Below, one piece after another: positions 10,369 through 19,567 of a stretch of DNA of 52,785 nt. The notes under the pieces are model-generated. The model saw nothing but the letters and a program-made list of their open reading frames with translations. It was not told where the DNA came from and did no database searches. The first letter of the stretch is position 1; every line of letters begins with the position of its first letter. Origin of the DNA: a virus (lineage: Duplodnaviria; Caudoviricetes); the IMG/VR virus record IMGVR_UViG_3300035145_002598, positions 1 to 52,785 of that record; one strand, written 5' to 3'. The position numbers were made by a program, and so were the translations under genes.

Positions 10369-11777
10369 TCCGCGTGTTTATTCACAACTACACGGAGCGC
10401 GCAGGCGAGGCGCGCGTCGACGGCGTCAACCCACGCGTCGAGATCACGGACCGCGTCACCGGCGCGAGTTGGTCCTCCTCGCTCGTCGCACCTTACGAGC
10501 AAGCGAGCGTCTCGACATCGATCAAGATCGACGAGCTCGACGTCTTAGGTCTAGGGACACCTCGCCGAGGCTCGAGGCTCCCCGCGCTCCACGCGTCGGG
10601 GTGGCTTGAGATCCTGGATGAGGACGTCCGCGCGTTCTATGGTCCGATCACTCGACTCTCGACGGGGCTGAGGGTCGAGCACACAGGAGCGCGCAAATCG
10701 CGGGACGTGCAGCTCTCCGCGACGTCGTGGGTCTCGCTCGCGCTCCGTCCGTTTCGCCTCACGTCTCGCGACGACCTCCTCGTGAGCGGGAGCATCTACG
10801 AATATAATACATGGGCGCGGATCTTCGAGACCGTGTTCTCCGAGGGCGCAGCGGTGGACGTCGCGCAGGGTCTCGCGCTGAGTTGGGAGAATCTCGCGAC
10901 GCTCAAGACGCCAGAGGGCGAGGAGCTCAGCGACTACGAGGTGCTCATCACACCCGATCAGCTCACGGACAACGCGATCGAGGGGCGCACGTTGACGCGC
11001 GTCGAGGGTAAGAATATATCGCAGGTCCCCGTGAGCTCGACGGGTTCGTTGTGGAGCGCGTTCACGGGAGCGTTTCAACCCGCGCCCCAACTGATCGAGC
11101 TCTATCCGATGCGCGAGCGCGGTCGCCCATATCTTATGTATAGGATGAAACCGCTCCCCCCTCACGATCCCGCGTACTTCGACGAGCGAGGCGAAGCGCG
11201 GGGGATCGATGACGACGACTCCGGCGTCAAAGCGGAGCCCGTCACGGTGCAATCGTTGGGGCGCGTCGTCTCTTACACGCTCGACTACAGCGGAGAGCGT
11301 AACAATTACGTCGAGGTCACGTCCCCCTATCTCGGCGTCTCGCAGCTCGCCGGACTGAACAGCTCCCCCGTGATCATGCGCGACGACATCGCGCGTTATG
11401 GTCTCTCCCCTCTCGAGATCGCGTATCCACTATTACGCGAGACTAGTGGATCGCTGAGAACAGAGCTCGAGCGACTCACGACATACGCGGGCGCGCTGTA
11501 CTCAGAGGGTCACGCGTTCGCGGTCGCGACGCTCGAGGTGATGTATCAAGACGTGAAGGTCGGCGAGTGGGCGCGGTGGGCTTCGTACCTGGAGGGCGAG
11601 GGCTCGACGCTCATCGGATACGTGACGCGCGTCGATCAGCAGGTCCGCGTCGATCCGCAGCTCGGCACCGTGACACGGCGCACTCTGCTACAATTGGAGC
11701 GCGTATCGCAGGACGGGAGACCGTCCCGTAAGACGCCAGCGTATGAGGTATCGGTGACAGCGGAGCTCGCAGAATGA
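10365..11777 (+). CDS. Putative baseplate hub protein
   Basis: Follows the tape measure gene with ATGA coupling; DDIARYGLSPLEI and GYVTRVDQQV patterns of hub-type proteins. Confidence 0.55.
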   Translation: MIRVFIHNYTERAGEARVDGVNPRVEITDRVTGASWSSSLVAPYEQASVSTSIKIDELDVLGLGTPRRGSRLPALHASGWLEILDEDVRAFYGPITRLSTGLRVEHTGARKSRDVQLSATSWVSLALRPFRLTSRDDLLVSGSIYEYNTWARIFETVFSEGAAVDVAQGLALSWENLATLKTPEGEELSDYEVLITPDQLTDNAIEGRTLTRVEGKNISQVPVSSTGSLWSAFTGAFQPAPQLIELYPMRERGRPYLMYRMKPLPPHDPAYFDERGEARGIDDDDSGVKAEPVTVQSLGRVVSYTLDYSGERNNYVEVTSPYLGVSQLAGLNSSPVIMRDDIARYGLSPLEIAYPLLRETSGSLRTELERLTTYAGALYSEGHAFAVATLEVMYQDVKVGEWARWASYLEGEGSTLIGYVTRVDQQVRVDPQLGTVTRRTLLQLERVSQDGRPSRKTPAYEVSVTAELAE

Positions 11778-12406
11778 AACTCGGAAACAATCACTTAACG
11801 GCGACCGTAACACGCGTGTACTATGGCGAGCGCGGTCCACTGTATGACGTCCGCACGAATGACGGCGCGACGTTTCGGGGCGTTCGCGTGAGAGGGATGA
11901 GCGCGAGCTTCTACCCCGTGTCAGTCAATCAAGAGGTCCATCTGCTACGACCAAGGGGGGCGTATGATCCCCCGTACATCGTCGGCGCGGACCTCACGAG
12001 CATCGTAGAGAGCACGCCGTCCGCGTCCACGAGTGAGGACTACTCCCCCGACGCGCTCGATCTCCAGATCAGGCACGCAGACAACACGCTCTCGTTGAGC
12101 GAGTCGGGCGTGACTGTCGAGACGGATGTGTTCAGGGTGCAGGGTGGACCGTTGCGCGTCTCTCTGGATGGCGACGCGCCTCACAGCGTGTTAAGAGGTC
12201 AACAGTTCGTCGACTCATTGTACGCGTACATCACAGAGCTCGAGACCGCGATCGGCGCGTTACAGACTCAAGTCGGCGTGTTGAGCTCTGCGCTCGGCGT
12301 CGCGGGTACATCGACGGCGATCGCTGCGTCGATCCCCCCGTCGAGCTCCGCGACCGCTAAAGCCAACGCTGAGCAAGCGATCACAAACGCGATCAAGGTT
12401 ACATGA
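11774..12406 (+). CDS. Putative baseplate spike (gpV-like)
   Basis: N-terminal OB-fold-like pattern (ATVTRV...YPVSVNQEVHLL...PYIVG) followed by a beta-rich segment; position. Confidence 0.55.
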   Translation: MKLGNNHLTATVTRVYYGERGPLYDVRTNDGATFRGVRVRGMSASFYPVSVNQEVHLLRPRGAYDPPYIVGADLTSIVESTPSASTSEDYSPDALDLQIRHADNTLSLSESGVTVETDVFRVQGGPLRVSLDGDAPHSVLRGQQFVDSLYAYITELETAIGALQTQVGVLSSALGVAGTSTAIAASIPPSSSATAKANAEQAITNAIKVT

Positions 12407-12417
12407 GAGGGTGAATC

Positions 12418-13983
12418 ATGGGCAGCAAATCAGCGACACCTCCATCGATCCCGATTCCGTCGAGCGGGAGACTCGGCGCGCTCCTACGCGTGCCGGTCGA
12501 TTACCTCTTCGAGGTCTACGAGAACGACGAGATCACGAACGTGATCGCGCTCCCCAACGCTCCGCAGAGTGTGACGCAGGGACGCACGAGCGCGACCGCT
12601 GTGACGCATACGCTCGGCGAGGTCGTGCGCGAGATCACGCAGAACCACCGGACCGACATATCCTTGAGGGGCGTGAGCGGTCTCGCTCCTCGCAGCGGAC
12701 AGACGCGCGACGGTGGCGTCTCCTTATTGGGCGGTCGCACGATCCTCGAGGAGTTCGATCGATTCCTCGACGACTACCAGACTCGCGCGAGTCATGACGC
12801 GGAGCGCGTGTTCATGGTCTACCGATCGCTTAACGAGGGGTACGCGTTCCGCGTTGAGCCTCTCGAGTTTCGGTGGATGGAGGACGCCGAAGCGCACCGG
12901 CTCTCGTATCAATGGGAGCTCAAGCTCGAAGCTTACGCGGGCGCGCCGTCCGATCCGCGCGGGTCGATCCTCTCCCCCGTGACTGAGATGATCCGCGCTG
13001 CGTCGCAATACGTCGCGGTCGCCGGTGGTGTTGTGACGCTTGCGCAGAACGCGATCACGAACGTACACGGCGAGCTCGAGGAGGCGCGAGAGCTGTTACG
13101 CTCGATCGAGAGCGTCGTCCGCATCATCAGCGAGACCGCAGACAGCGCGGACGGCGTAACGAGATTCTTCTCTCGCGATCTCCCTGCGACGTGGGCGTCT
13201 CTCGCGCAGAGCTACGCGACCGCGAGGAGAGACGTTGATGAGCTCCTCGGCTTAGAGGATCCCTCGTACTCTGCGGAGCTCGTGCCGTATTACGCGCTCG
13301 TTACGGCGGGCTTGAGCGGAGCCGATCAGGGTGATCTAGACGCTAACGCAGACGCGTCGCGCATCGAGACACGCTCAGCGCTGAGCGTAGAGCGCCCACG
13401 CTTTACGAGAGACGTCACGCTCCGAGCCGGAGACACCGCGCAGAGCGTCGCGCTTCGCGCGTATGGTGACGCGTCTCGATATGATGAAATCATCGATTAC
13501 AACGGATTGAGGGACGCGAAGCACAAGGGGGACGGGCGACCGCTCCGCGCGGGTGATGTGCTCTCTGTACCGTTCGACGCGTCAACTAGTGATGACCTCG
13601 GGCTCCCGAGCAAGGGCGACGTGTTCGGGCGTGATCTGCGAGTCGACGCCGACGGTGATCTCGTGATCTCGGGCGACGACATCTCGACCATCGAGGGACG
13701 CGCGAACCTCGAACAAGCGCTCCGTCTCCGCTTACTCTCTGAGCAGGGGAGCTCGTGGATCCTTCCGGCGTATGGTCTCCCCGTCCAGGTCGGCGCACCG
13801 CTCACCGAGCGCGTCGCAGCGTATTGCGCGAGCCACGTGACACAACAGCTCGACGCAGACGCGAGAGTCGATCGAGTCGATAATGTGGTAGTATCTGACG
13901 AGGGCGACGCGCTCACTGTGAGCGCGAGAGTCGCACCGCTTAACGGCGCGTCGATGTCGCTCATCGTGCCGATGGGGAGCTGA
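12418..13983 (+). CDS. Baseplate protein with a LysM-like domain and a C-terminal gp25-like wedge domain
   Basis: TLRAGDTAQSVALRAYGDASRYDEIIDYN..LRAGDVLSVP (LysM/tail-X-like); GRANLEQALRLRLLSEQG...PAYG...DARVDRV (gp25-like). Confidence 0.7.
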   Translation: MGSKSATPPSIPIPSSGRLGALLRVPVDYLFEVYENDEITNVIALPNAPQSVTQGRTSATAVTHTLGEVVREITQNHRTDISLRGVSGLAPRSGQTRDGGVSLLGGRTILEEFDRFLDDYQTRASHDAERVFMVYRSLNEGYAFRVEPLEFRWMEDAEAHRLSYQWELKLEAYAGAPSDPRGSILSPVTEMIRAASQYVAVAGGVVTLAQNAITNVHGELEEARELLRSIESVVRIISETADSADGVTRFFSRDLPATWASLAQSYATARRDVDELLGLEDPSYSAELVPYYALVTAGLSGADQGDLDANADASRIETRSALSVERPRFTRDVTLRAGDTAQSVALRAYGDASRYDEIIDYNGLRDAKHKGDGRPLRAGDVLSVPFDASTSDDLGLPSKGDVFGRDLRVDADGDLVISGDDISTIEGRANLEQALRLRLLSEQGSSWILPAYGLPVQVGAPLTERVAAYCASHVTQQLDADARVDRVDNVVVSDEGDALTVSARVAPLNGASMSLIVPMGS

Positions 13984-13985
13984 TA

Positions 13986-15350
13986 ATGTATGAACCAAGA
14001 TCAAGCGCAGAGATCACACGCGATTTAATCGCGAGGACGGTCGCGCGCACATCGTTAACGGACCTCGCGGAGAGCTCGACGCTCGGCGTGTTGCTGCGCT
14101 CGATCGCTGAGCAGATCGCAGAAGCGGACGTAAGACTCGCGCAGATCCGCGCGCAGTTCACCCTCGAGGGAGCGCGGGGCGTGGACCTCGACGAGCGCGC
14201 AGAGGAGATCGGCGTAACGCGCCTAACGGCGACCGCTGCCTCTGGATCCGTGGTCGTCGCACGCACCGACTCGAGCGCGTCGCTCACGATCCCCGCGGGG
14301 AGCGTGTTCGGGAGAGGTGATAGCGACGTGACCTACTCGACTACAGCGGACGCGGGGCTCTCGATCGGCGAGCTCACGAAAGAGATCTCGATCGTAGCGA
14401 ACACACGCGGAACAAGCGGGAACGCGCCCGCGCGATCGATCGACACGATCCTCGACGCTCCCTCCGCTCTAGTCAGCGTGACACAAGGCGAAGCGCTCGC
14501 GAACGCGACAGACGCGGAGACGGATCTCGCGCTCCGCTCTCGCGCGACGCTCGCGCTCAACAGCATCGCGCGCGCTCAACCGATCGCGCTCGAGTACACC
14601 GCGCGCACCTTCACGGCGACCGACGGCACACGCGCGACGACGGCGACGATCTACGAGCCCGAGACGCGTCTCGGTTACGTGGAGCTGCTGATCGACGACG
14701 GCTCCGGTCTAGGAGATCACGCGCCGACGCGATCGGGTGAAGCGGTGAGCGTGACGCTTAACGCCGTGTTAGGTCAGCTCATCGGCGTCGAGGCTCCGGT
14801 CGTCGGCTCGGTGCGCGTCCGCTCTGGGTCGAGCGTGCTCGTCGAGGGGCGCGACTATGACATCTCGAGATCGAGGGGCGTGATCACGTTACGCTCCGAC
14901 GCGAGCGTGTCGATCGGTGACACGATCACGGTCGATAATTACAGCGTATACACGGGGCTCATCGCTGAACTTCAGACGCTCATGAACGGCGACCCGAGCG
15001 ACGTCACATCCGGACACCGCGCAGCGGGGATCGCTTTAAGGGTCCTCCCCGCTCCCGTTCAGCGTATCCCGCTCGACGTGCTCATCGTCATCGAGGCGGG
15101 CTCTACGTTAACCACGGTTAAAGCAAACGTCGAGAGCGCGATAAGCGCGTACTTCTCAGCGCTCGGAGCGGGCGCTCCGGCGTATCGCTCCGCGTTGGTC
15201 TCCGTGGTGATGGGCGTCGGGGGAGTCGTGAACGCGACGATCCTCACGAGCGGGACCGCGAACGAGACACCCGATCTCTATCCCAACTCAGCGCGCCACG
15301 TACTCCGAGCGGGTAACGTGCGCGCGATCACTAGCACGACAGGCGGTTAA
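13986..15350 (+). CDS. Baseplate J-like wedge protein
   Basis: ARGVDLDERAEEIGVTRLTATAASG, TIPAGS, GTSGNAPA, DAETDLALRSR and HRAAGI motifs. Confidence 0.88.
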   Translation: MYEPRSSAEITRDLIARTVARTSLTDLAESSTLGVLLRSIAEQIAEADVRLAQIRAQFTLEGARGVDLDERAEEIGVTRLTATAASGSVVVARTDSSASLTIPAGSVFGRGDSDVTYSTTADAGLSIGELTKEISIVANTRGTSGNAPARSIDTILDAPSALVSVTQGEALANATDAETDLALRSRATLALNSIARAQPIALEYTARTFTATDGTRATTATIYEPETRLGYVELLIDDGSGLGDHAPTRSGEAVSVTLNAVLGQLIGVEAPVVGSVRVRSGSSVLVEGRDYDISRSRGVITLRSDASVSIGDTITVDNYSVYTGLIAELQTLMNGDPSDVTSGHRAAGIALRVLPAPVQRIPLDVLIVIEAGSTLTTVKANVESAISAYFSALGAGAPAYRSALVSVVMGVGGVVNATILTSGTANETPDLYPNSARHVLRAGNVRAITSTTGG

Positions 15351-15351
15351 C

Positions 15352-16782
15352 ATGGATCGCGTAAAACTCTACGCACAGGAACGACTCGACCTCGATGACG
15401 CGAACGCGCTCCAGAGTCTCGTGTATGACTATGTACAGGAGGCGCTCGGCGGTTTATTCGGTCGCATCCGTGGCGCGTTGAGCGTCCCCACGATCACGCA
15501 GACCGAGAACAGCGGAGCGCCATACATCGAACTAAGCGCGTTTCAGTTCGTGACGACCGCGCCGATCTCAGCGAGCGCGCGGAGCGTGACCTCGCCGTCG
15601 AGCGGACTCGCTTACTCGCAGATGAAGACGATCGTCGTCACGTATGAGCCGACTGAGGAGACCTCGACGCAGATCTCGATTGATACGCCTCGCGCGTATT
15701 ATCAGGACTATGTTGACGCGTATCTATGGGCTCGACCGATTCAGCGAGACACAGACACCGCGACGCGCGCTCAGTGGAGCGTCGCTCAGGGTGACGAGAT
15801 CACGTTCTCGGATGAGACGAGATCGTCTCAGCGCGTCGAGTTCGCAGTCCAACGCAACGCGCCGACATACGCGGACGGCGAGGCAGCGTGGGCTCCGATC
15901 GCGAGGATCACCGGATGGACGGACGCGGATAACACCGACTCGCTCGCGCAGTGGCAAATCGAGAGCGCTTACGAGAACGACCTAACGCGTCAATTCGCGG
16001 GCTCGTATCTCAGCGGAGACACGCTCACGCGCCCGAACGTCACCCTCGACACTGTCGTTAACTCGATGTCGACGTATCCGATGGAGTCCGGAGCGTCCCC
16101 TCGCGTGTTGGGCGTCGCTGATCAGCTCGCGTTACTGCGTTATAAGATCGCGCAACTTCAGGGACACGGGGTTAATGACCCGAGCGACACGCAGTCGAGA
16201 GCGTGGTACACGGCCCCGCTCGTTTCCGCGAACGGCGTCGACGCGCGACTCAACACGATCGAGTCGCAGAGGACCTCGCCGATCGTCTGCATCGCTGCGG
16301 GGCTCGTCCAAGTGAACGTAAACAACGCGCGCGTGATCTCGTACAACCTACTCACGAACGAGGGGATCAGCGCGATACGCACCTCGCCGACGCGAGGCAA
16401 TCGAATGTGTGTCGAGCTCGACGCTGATCTGCTCGCCGAGGACTGGAGACTCTTACACGTGGACGTGAGCCAAGTCGCGACGCGCAAAGACAACGGCGAC
16501 AACACACACGACTATAATCGCGTACACGCGCAGATCGGCGACATCTTGAGCGGGTTACTCAGCGACGCGAACAGCTATCGACTCGACGACTACTCGACGA
16601 GCTCGGGGCGGGGCGTCAACATTGAGCTCTTAGCGCTCGAGCAGTCGAGCGAGGAGTCGATCGCGGAGGACGTCGGCAGCTCTGGACATCCGGACGTGAT
16701 CGGGACCGCGCCCGCGGTGAACGAGATCATCAACCTCACGCTCGCGATCTACGCGATTCACGACGACCAGGATAACTATTAA
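15352..16782 (+). CDS. Putative baseplate/tail structural protein
   Basis: 476 aa in the structural operon after baseplate J; no specific motif recognised. Confidence 0.45.
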   Translation: MDRVKLYAQERLDLDDANALQSLVYDYVQEALGGLFGRIRGALSVPTITQTENSGAPYIELSAFQFVTTAPISASARSVTSPSSGLAYSQMKTIVVTYEPTEETSTQISIDTPRAYYQDYVDAYLWARPIQRDTDTATRAQWSVAQGDEITFSDETRSSQRVEFAVQRNAPTYADGEAAWAPIARITGWTDADNTDSLAQWQIESAYENDLTRQFAGSYLSGDTLTRPNVTLDTVVNSMSTYPMESGASPRVLGVADQLALLRYKIAQLQGHGVNDPSDTQSRAWYTAPLVSANGVDARLNTIESQRTSPIVCIAAGLVQVNVNNARVISYNLLTNEGISAIRTSPTRGNRMCVELDADLLAEDWRLLHVDVSQVATRKDNGDNTHDYNRVHAQIGDILSGLLSDANSYRLDDYSTSSGRGVNIELLALEQSSEESIAEDVGSSGHPDVIGTAPAVNEIINLTLAIYAIHDDQDNY

Positions 16783-17870
16783 TGAGTATCATCGCATACG
16801 CGTCGGCGAACGTCGACCCGATAAACAATCCCCTCGAGGACGGCGAGATCGATCTCGCGAGCGTAGTGACGCCCGCCTCGATCACGCTGTACGGAGACGC
16901 GGTCGACACCGAGGATGGGAGCGCGTCGTTCTCGTTCGCGTGGACGTTGCTCGATCCGACCAACTCGGGCGCGGTGTTGTCGAGCACGACGACACAAAAC
17001 ATCACGATCAGCAATATCACCGCGTGGCATAACCTACGACTGCATCTCGTCGCCACGAACACAGCGACGAGCGCGACGAGCGAGACCGACGTTTTACTCG
17101 CGCCGTCTGCGTCGTTCGTCGAGGTGCGCGTGCTCTCTGAGAATCGAGGGATTCAGAAGATCGCGAAGGGGTCGCGCTCGTGGCATCCCGCGCTCGAGGT
17201 CTGGGCCGACGCGATCGAGACCGCGCCGAACCTCAACGACTTGAGCGACGTCACAAACGCGACCGGCGCAGAGCTCGACATCCTACGCGGGGGAGCGCTC
17301 GCGGAGTCGGGGGGCTCGGCGCTTCACACTCACGCGGGGGCGCACATTGCAGACGCGACCACGACGACCGCGGGCGTCGTTCAGCTCGAGGAGGCGAGCG
17401 ACGCGACGGGGACGCCTCGCGTCATCACTCAGGAGCGGATCGTCTTATCGGGCATGGTGACGAGCTCAACAGAGAGCGACGGCACACGACACGACGAGAT
17501 CATCGATATATCCGCAGTTAGCGAGGATATCCCTCACATCTATTTCGCCGTGTCGCGTCACGCGATCAAGGTCCACGCGTACACGGTCGCGATCGCTGAG
17601 ACCGGAGGGACGACCGACGCTTACTCGTTTAAGCTCGTCGAGTACACACCCGCGGACTTTCTGACGATGTCGGGTACGACTACGCACGACACCTTCTCCG
17701 CGACACCGAGCGCAGCGAACAAGCCGATCCTAGAGACGCGCACGTTATCGCCCGCCGTCGAGGTCCCCGCCGGTCGCGTGATCGGTTTACTGATTGGGGC
17801 GTCGCCCGCTGCGGGTAGCGGTGGTAGCTCGTTGAGCGTGACCATCGAGGCGACGAGGAGCGTGACGTGA
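16782..17870 (+). CDS. Putative tail fibre-associated structural protein
   Basis: Thr/Ser/Ala-rich; LNDLSDV, HTH and DATTTTAGVVQL fibre-type motifs (the last resembles DATTTTSGKVRL in the 1070-aa fibre). Confidence 0.5.
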   Translation: MSIIAYASANVDPINNPLEDGEIDLASVVTPASITLYGDAVDTEDGSASFSFAWTLLDPTNSGAVLSSTTTQNITISNITAWHNLRLHLVATNTATSATSETDVLLAPSASFVEVRVLSENRGIQKIAKGSRSWHPALEVWADAIETAPNLNDLSDVTNATGAELDILRGGALAESGGSALHTHAGAHIADATTTTAGVVQLEEASDATGTPRVITQERIVLSGMVTSSTESDGTRHDEIIDISAVSEDIPHIYFAVSRHAIKVHAYTVAIAETGGTTDAYSFKLVEYTPADFLTMSGTTTHDTFSATPSAANKPILETRTLSPAVEVPAGRVIGLLIGASPAAGSGGSSLSVTIEATRSVT

Positions 17871-18733
17871 GGGGCTGGGGCGCGCCGAGTCATGAGACCG
17901 CGACCGAGTCGCTCACTCGCCCCGATTGGGGATGGGGTGATGACGCGCCGACCTCGTGGGACGTGTCAACGCTCGATTATGGGTGGGGCTCTGATCACGG
18001 GGCAGCGTTCCCGTCGTATCTCGAGCTCGAGACTCGCGCGATCGGAGACGACGGGGGATACGCGATTAAGATCGTCGGGGATTTCCCGCGTCGAGGGGCG
18101 TCCCGCTTCCAACGCCCGACGGGTTTTAAGGTGGTGCTCGTCGACGCGCAGAGCGTCGAGTATGCGTGTCACTCTGGTCTCTTCGGTCAGGGTGAGCAGT
18201 GCTCGACGAACATCCCCGCGCGGATCCTCAGAGCGTACTCTCCATCGTTGGGCGTGGGCGCGTATGATGTCGTCGTGAGATACGACGGGACAGAGCAGAC
18301 CGTCGGCACGATCAACGCGAGACGACGCGCGCGCACCGCTCACGAGTATGATCTCCGCGCAGCGTTACCGAGCGCTTACGCAACCGGCGCGCGACGAATG
18401 GAGCTCGACAGCGTGCTCGACACCTCTGCGCCTTCTGCGGTCGACGAGGTGCGCTCAACGCTCGAGACGCTCACGAGGGTCGTCGCGCAGTCACTCGCAG
18501 AGCTCAGCGCGAGCGGAGCGATCACGCGCCTCACGGTCGCATACACTGGAGGCGCTACGCTACACGTCGAGTCGACGCTCGGTTTCGCCGACGCGGGGGC
18601 GGTGTGGCTAGACGGCGAGCGCGTCGCGTACACGAGCAAGAGCGCGACCACATTGAACGGCGTAGACGCGCCACGGTTAACCGCTGCACGAGGGGCGAGG
18701 GTGACGCATGATCCGCACTCTATCACAGACTGA
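17867..18733 (+). CDS. Hypothetical structural protein with N-terminal GWG repeats
   Basis: GTGA overlap with the previous gene; C-terminal TLHVESTLGF...GAVWLDGERVAYTSK beta module. Confidence 0.45.
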   Translation: MRGWGAPSHETATESLTRPDWGWGDDAPTSWDVSTLDYGWGSDHGAAFPSYLELETRAIGDDGGYAIKIVGDFPRRGASRFQRPTGFKVVLVDAQSVEYACHSGLFGQGEQCSTNIPARILRAYSPSLGVGAYDVVVRYDGTEQTVGTINARRRARTAHEYDLRAALPSAYATGARRMELDSVLDTSAPSAVDEVRSTLETLTRVVAQSLAELSASGAITRLTVAYTGGATLHVESTLGFADAGAVWLDGERVAYTSKSATTLNGVDAPRLTAARGARVTHDPHSITD

Positions 18734-19493
18734 GAGCGCTCGACGCTCGACGATCTTTACGCGCGCAACGGACGACGAGCTCGACGCGCTCGGTGAATAT
18801 TACGGGCTCGTGAGACCGAGCGCGTATCCTGTGAGCGCGTGGCGTGAGGTGCTCCGCGCGGTCGTGTATCGACCTCGTGGGACGGTGGGCTCGCTGTTCT
18901 CTGCGCTCAACGCGCTCTTTAAGCCGTGGACTGATACGACCGCGATCACGACCACGATCGACGCGAACGGCGAGTTCACTCACGCGAGTCTCACCTCGAC
19001 CGCTTACGCTCATCGATGGGTAAGGGTTGGCGGTGATTCGTATCACTGGGTCGATGAGGTCGACACAGCGACGACGACCGCGACGCTCAACACCGTGAGC
19101 TCGTCGTATTGGGACGCGTGGACCTCTGAGCGCTCAAACGTCGAGGTCGCGTTTCTCCCGTTTCATTTCGTCGAGAGCGACGCGCGGATCCGCGTCTATA
19201 TCGATCTCGACCTGCTCTCGGTCCCGCCGACGTACATCCAAGAATCCGGAGCGACGCGCCCCAACGGTCAGCCCTACGGCGGGCAGCTCCTGAACCTGTT
19301 AGACTTGGATCCGGACACGTTGGATTATGGCGACCAGGTCAACGGACCTTATCCGCTCTATCTGCGAGGAGACGAGGCTTCGGGGGTGTTGGGCGACGTG
19401 TTAAATCGTATTATCGTCGCGGGTGTTCGCGTCGACGTATTGGGTGTTTCGTTTAACGGGTCCCTTGGTTATCCGAGCATCTCAGAGTTATAA
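18708..19493 (+). CDS. Putative baseplate wedge (gpI-like) protein
   Basis: ATDDELDALGEYYGLVRP...RPRGT and terminal IIVAGVRV patterns typical of wedge subunits. Confidence 0.55.
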   Translation: MIRTLSQTESARRSTIFTRATDDELDALGEYYGLVRPSAYPVSAWREVLRAVVYRPRGTVGSLFSALNALFKPWTDTTAITTTIDANGEFTHASLTSTAYAHRWVRVGGDSYHWVDEVDTATTTATLNTVSSSYWDAWTSERSNVEVAFLPFHFVESDARIRVYIDLDLLSVPPTYIQESGATRPNGQPYGGQLLNLLDLDPDTLDYGDQVNGPYPLYLRGDEASGVLGDVLNRIIVAGVRVDVLGVSFNGSLGYPSISEL

Positions 19494-19496
19494 GCG

Positions 19497-19526
19497 TTGA
19501 CGGATGCGTCGATCTCGGTTTAGAGT
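19497..19526 (+). promoter_or_regulatory. Putative sigma70-type promoter of the replication operon
   Basis: TTGACG-N18-TAGAGT in the gap between structural and replication modules. Confidence 0.35.
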
Positions 19527-19567
19527 GTCGGCGCTACGTTCAACCCTTCACCCGAGATCGGATATCT

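Noticed and set aside
5555-19493. Tailocin or extracellular contractile injection system
   Set aside because: Capsid, neck, terminase and replication genes in the same window show it is a phage tail
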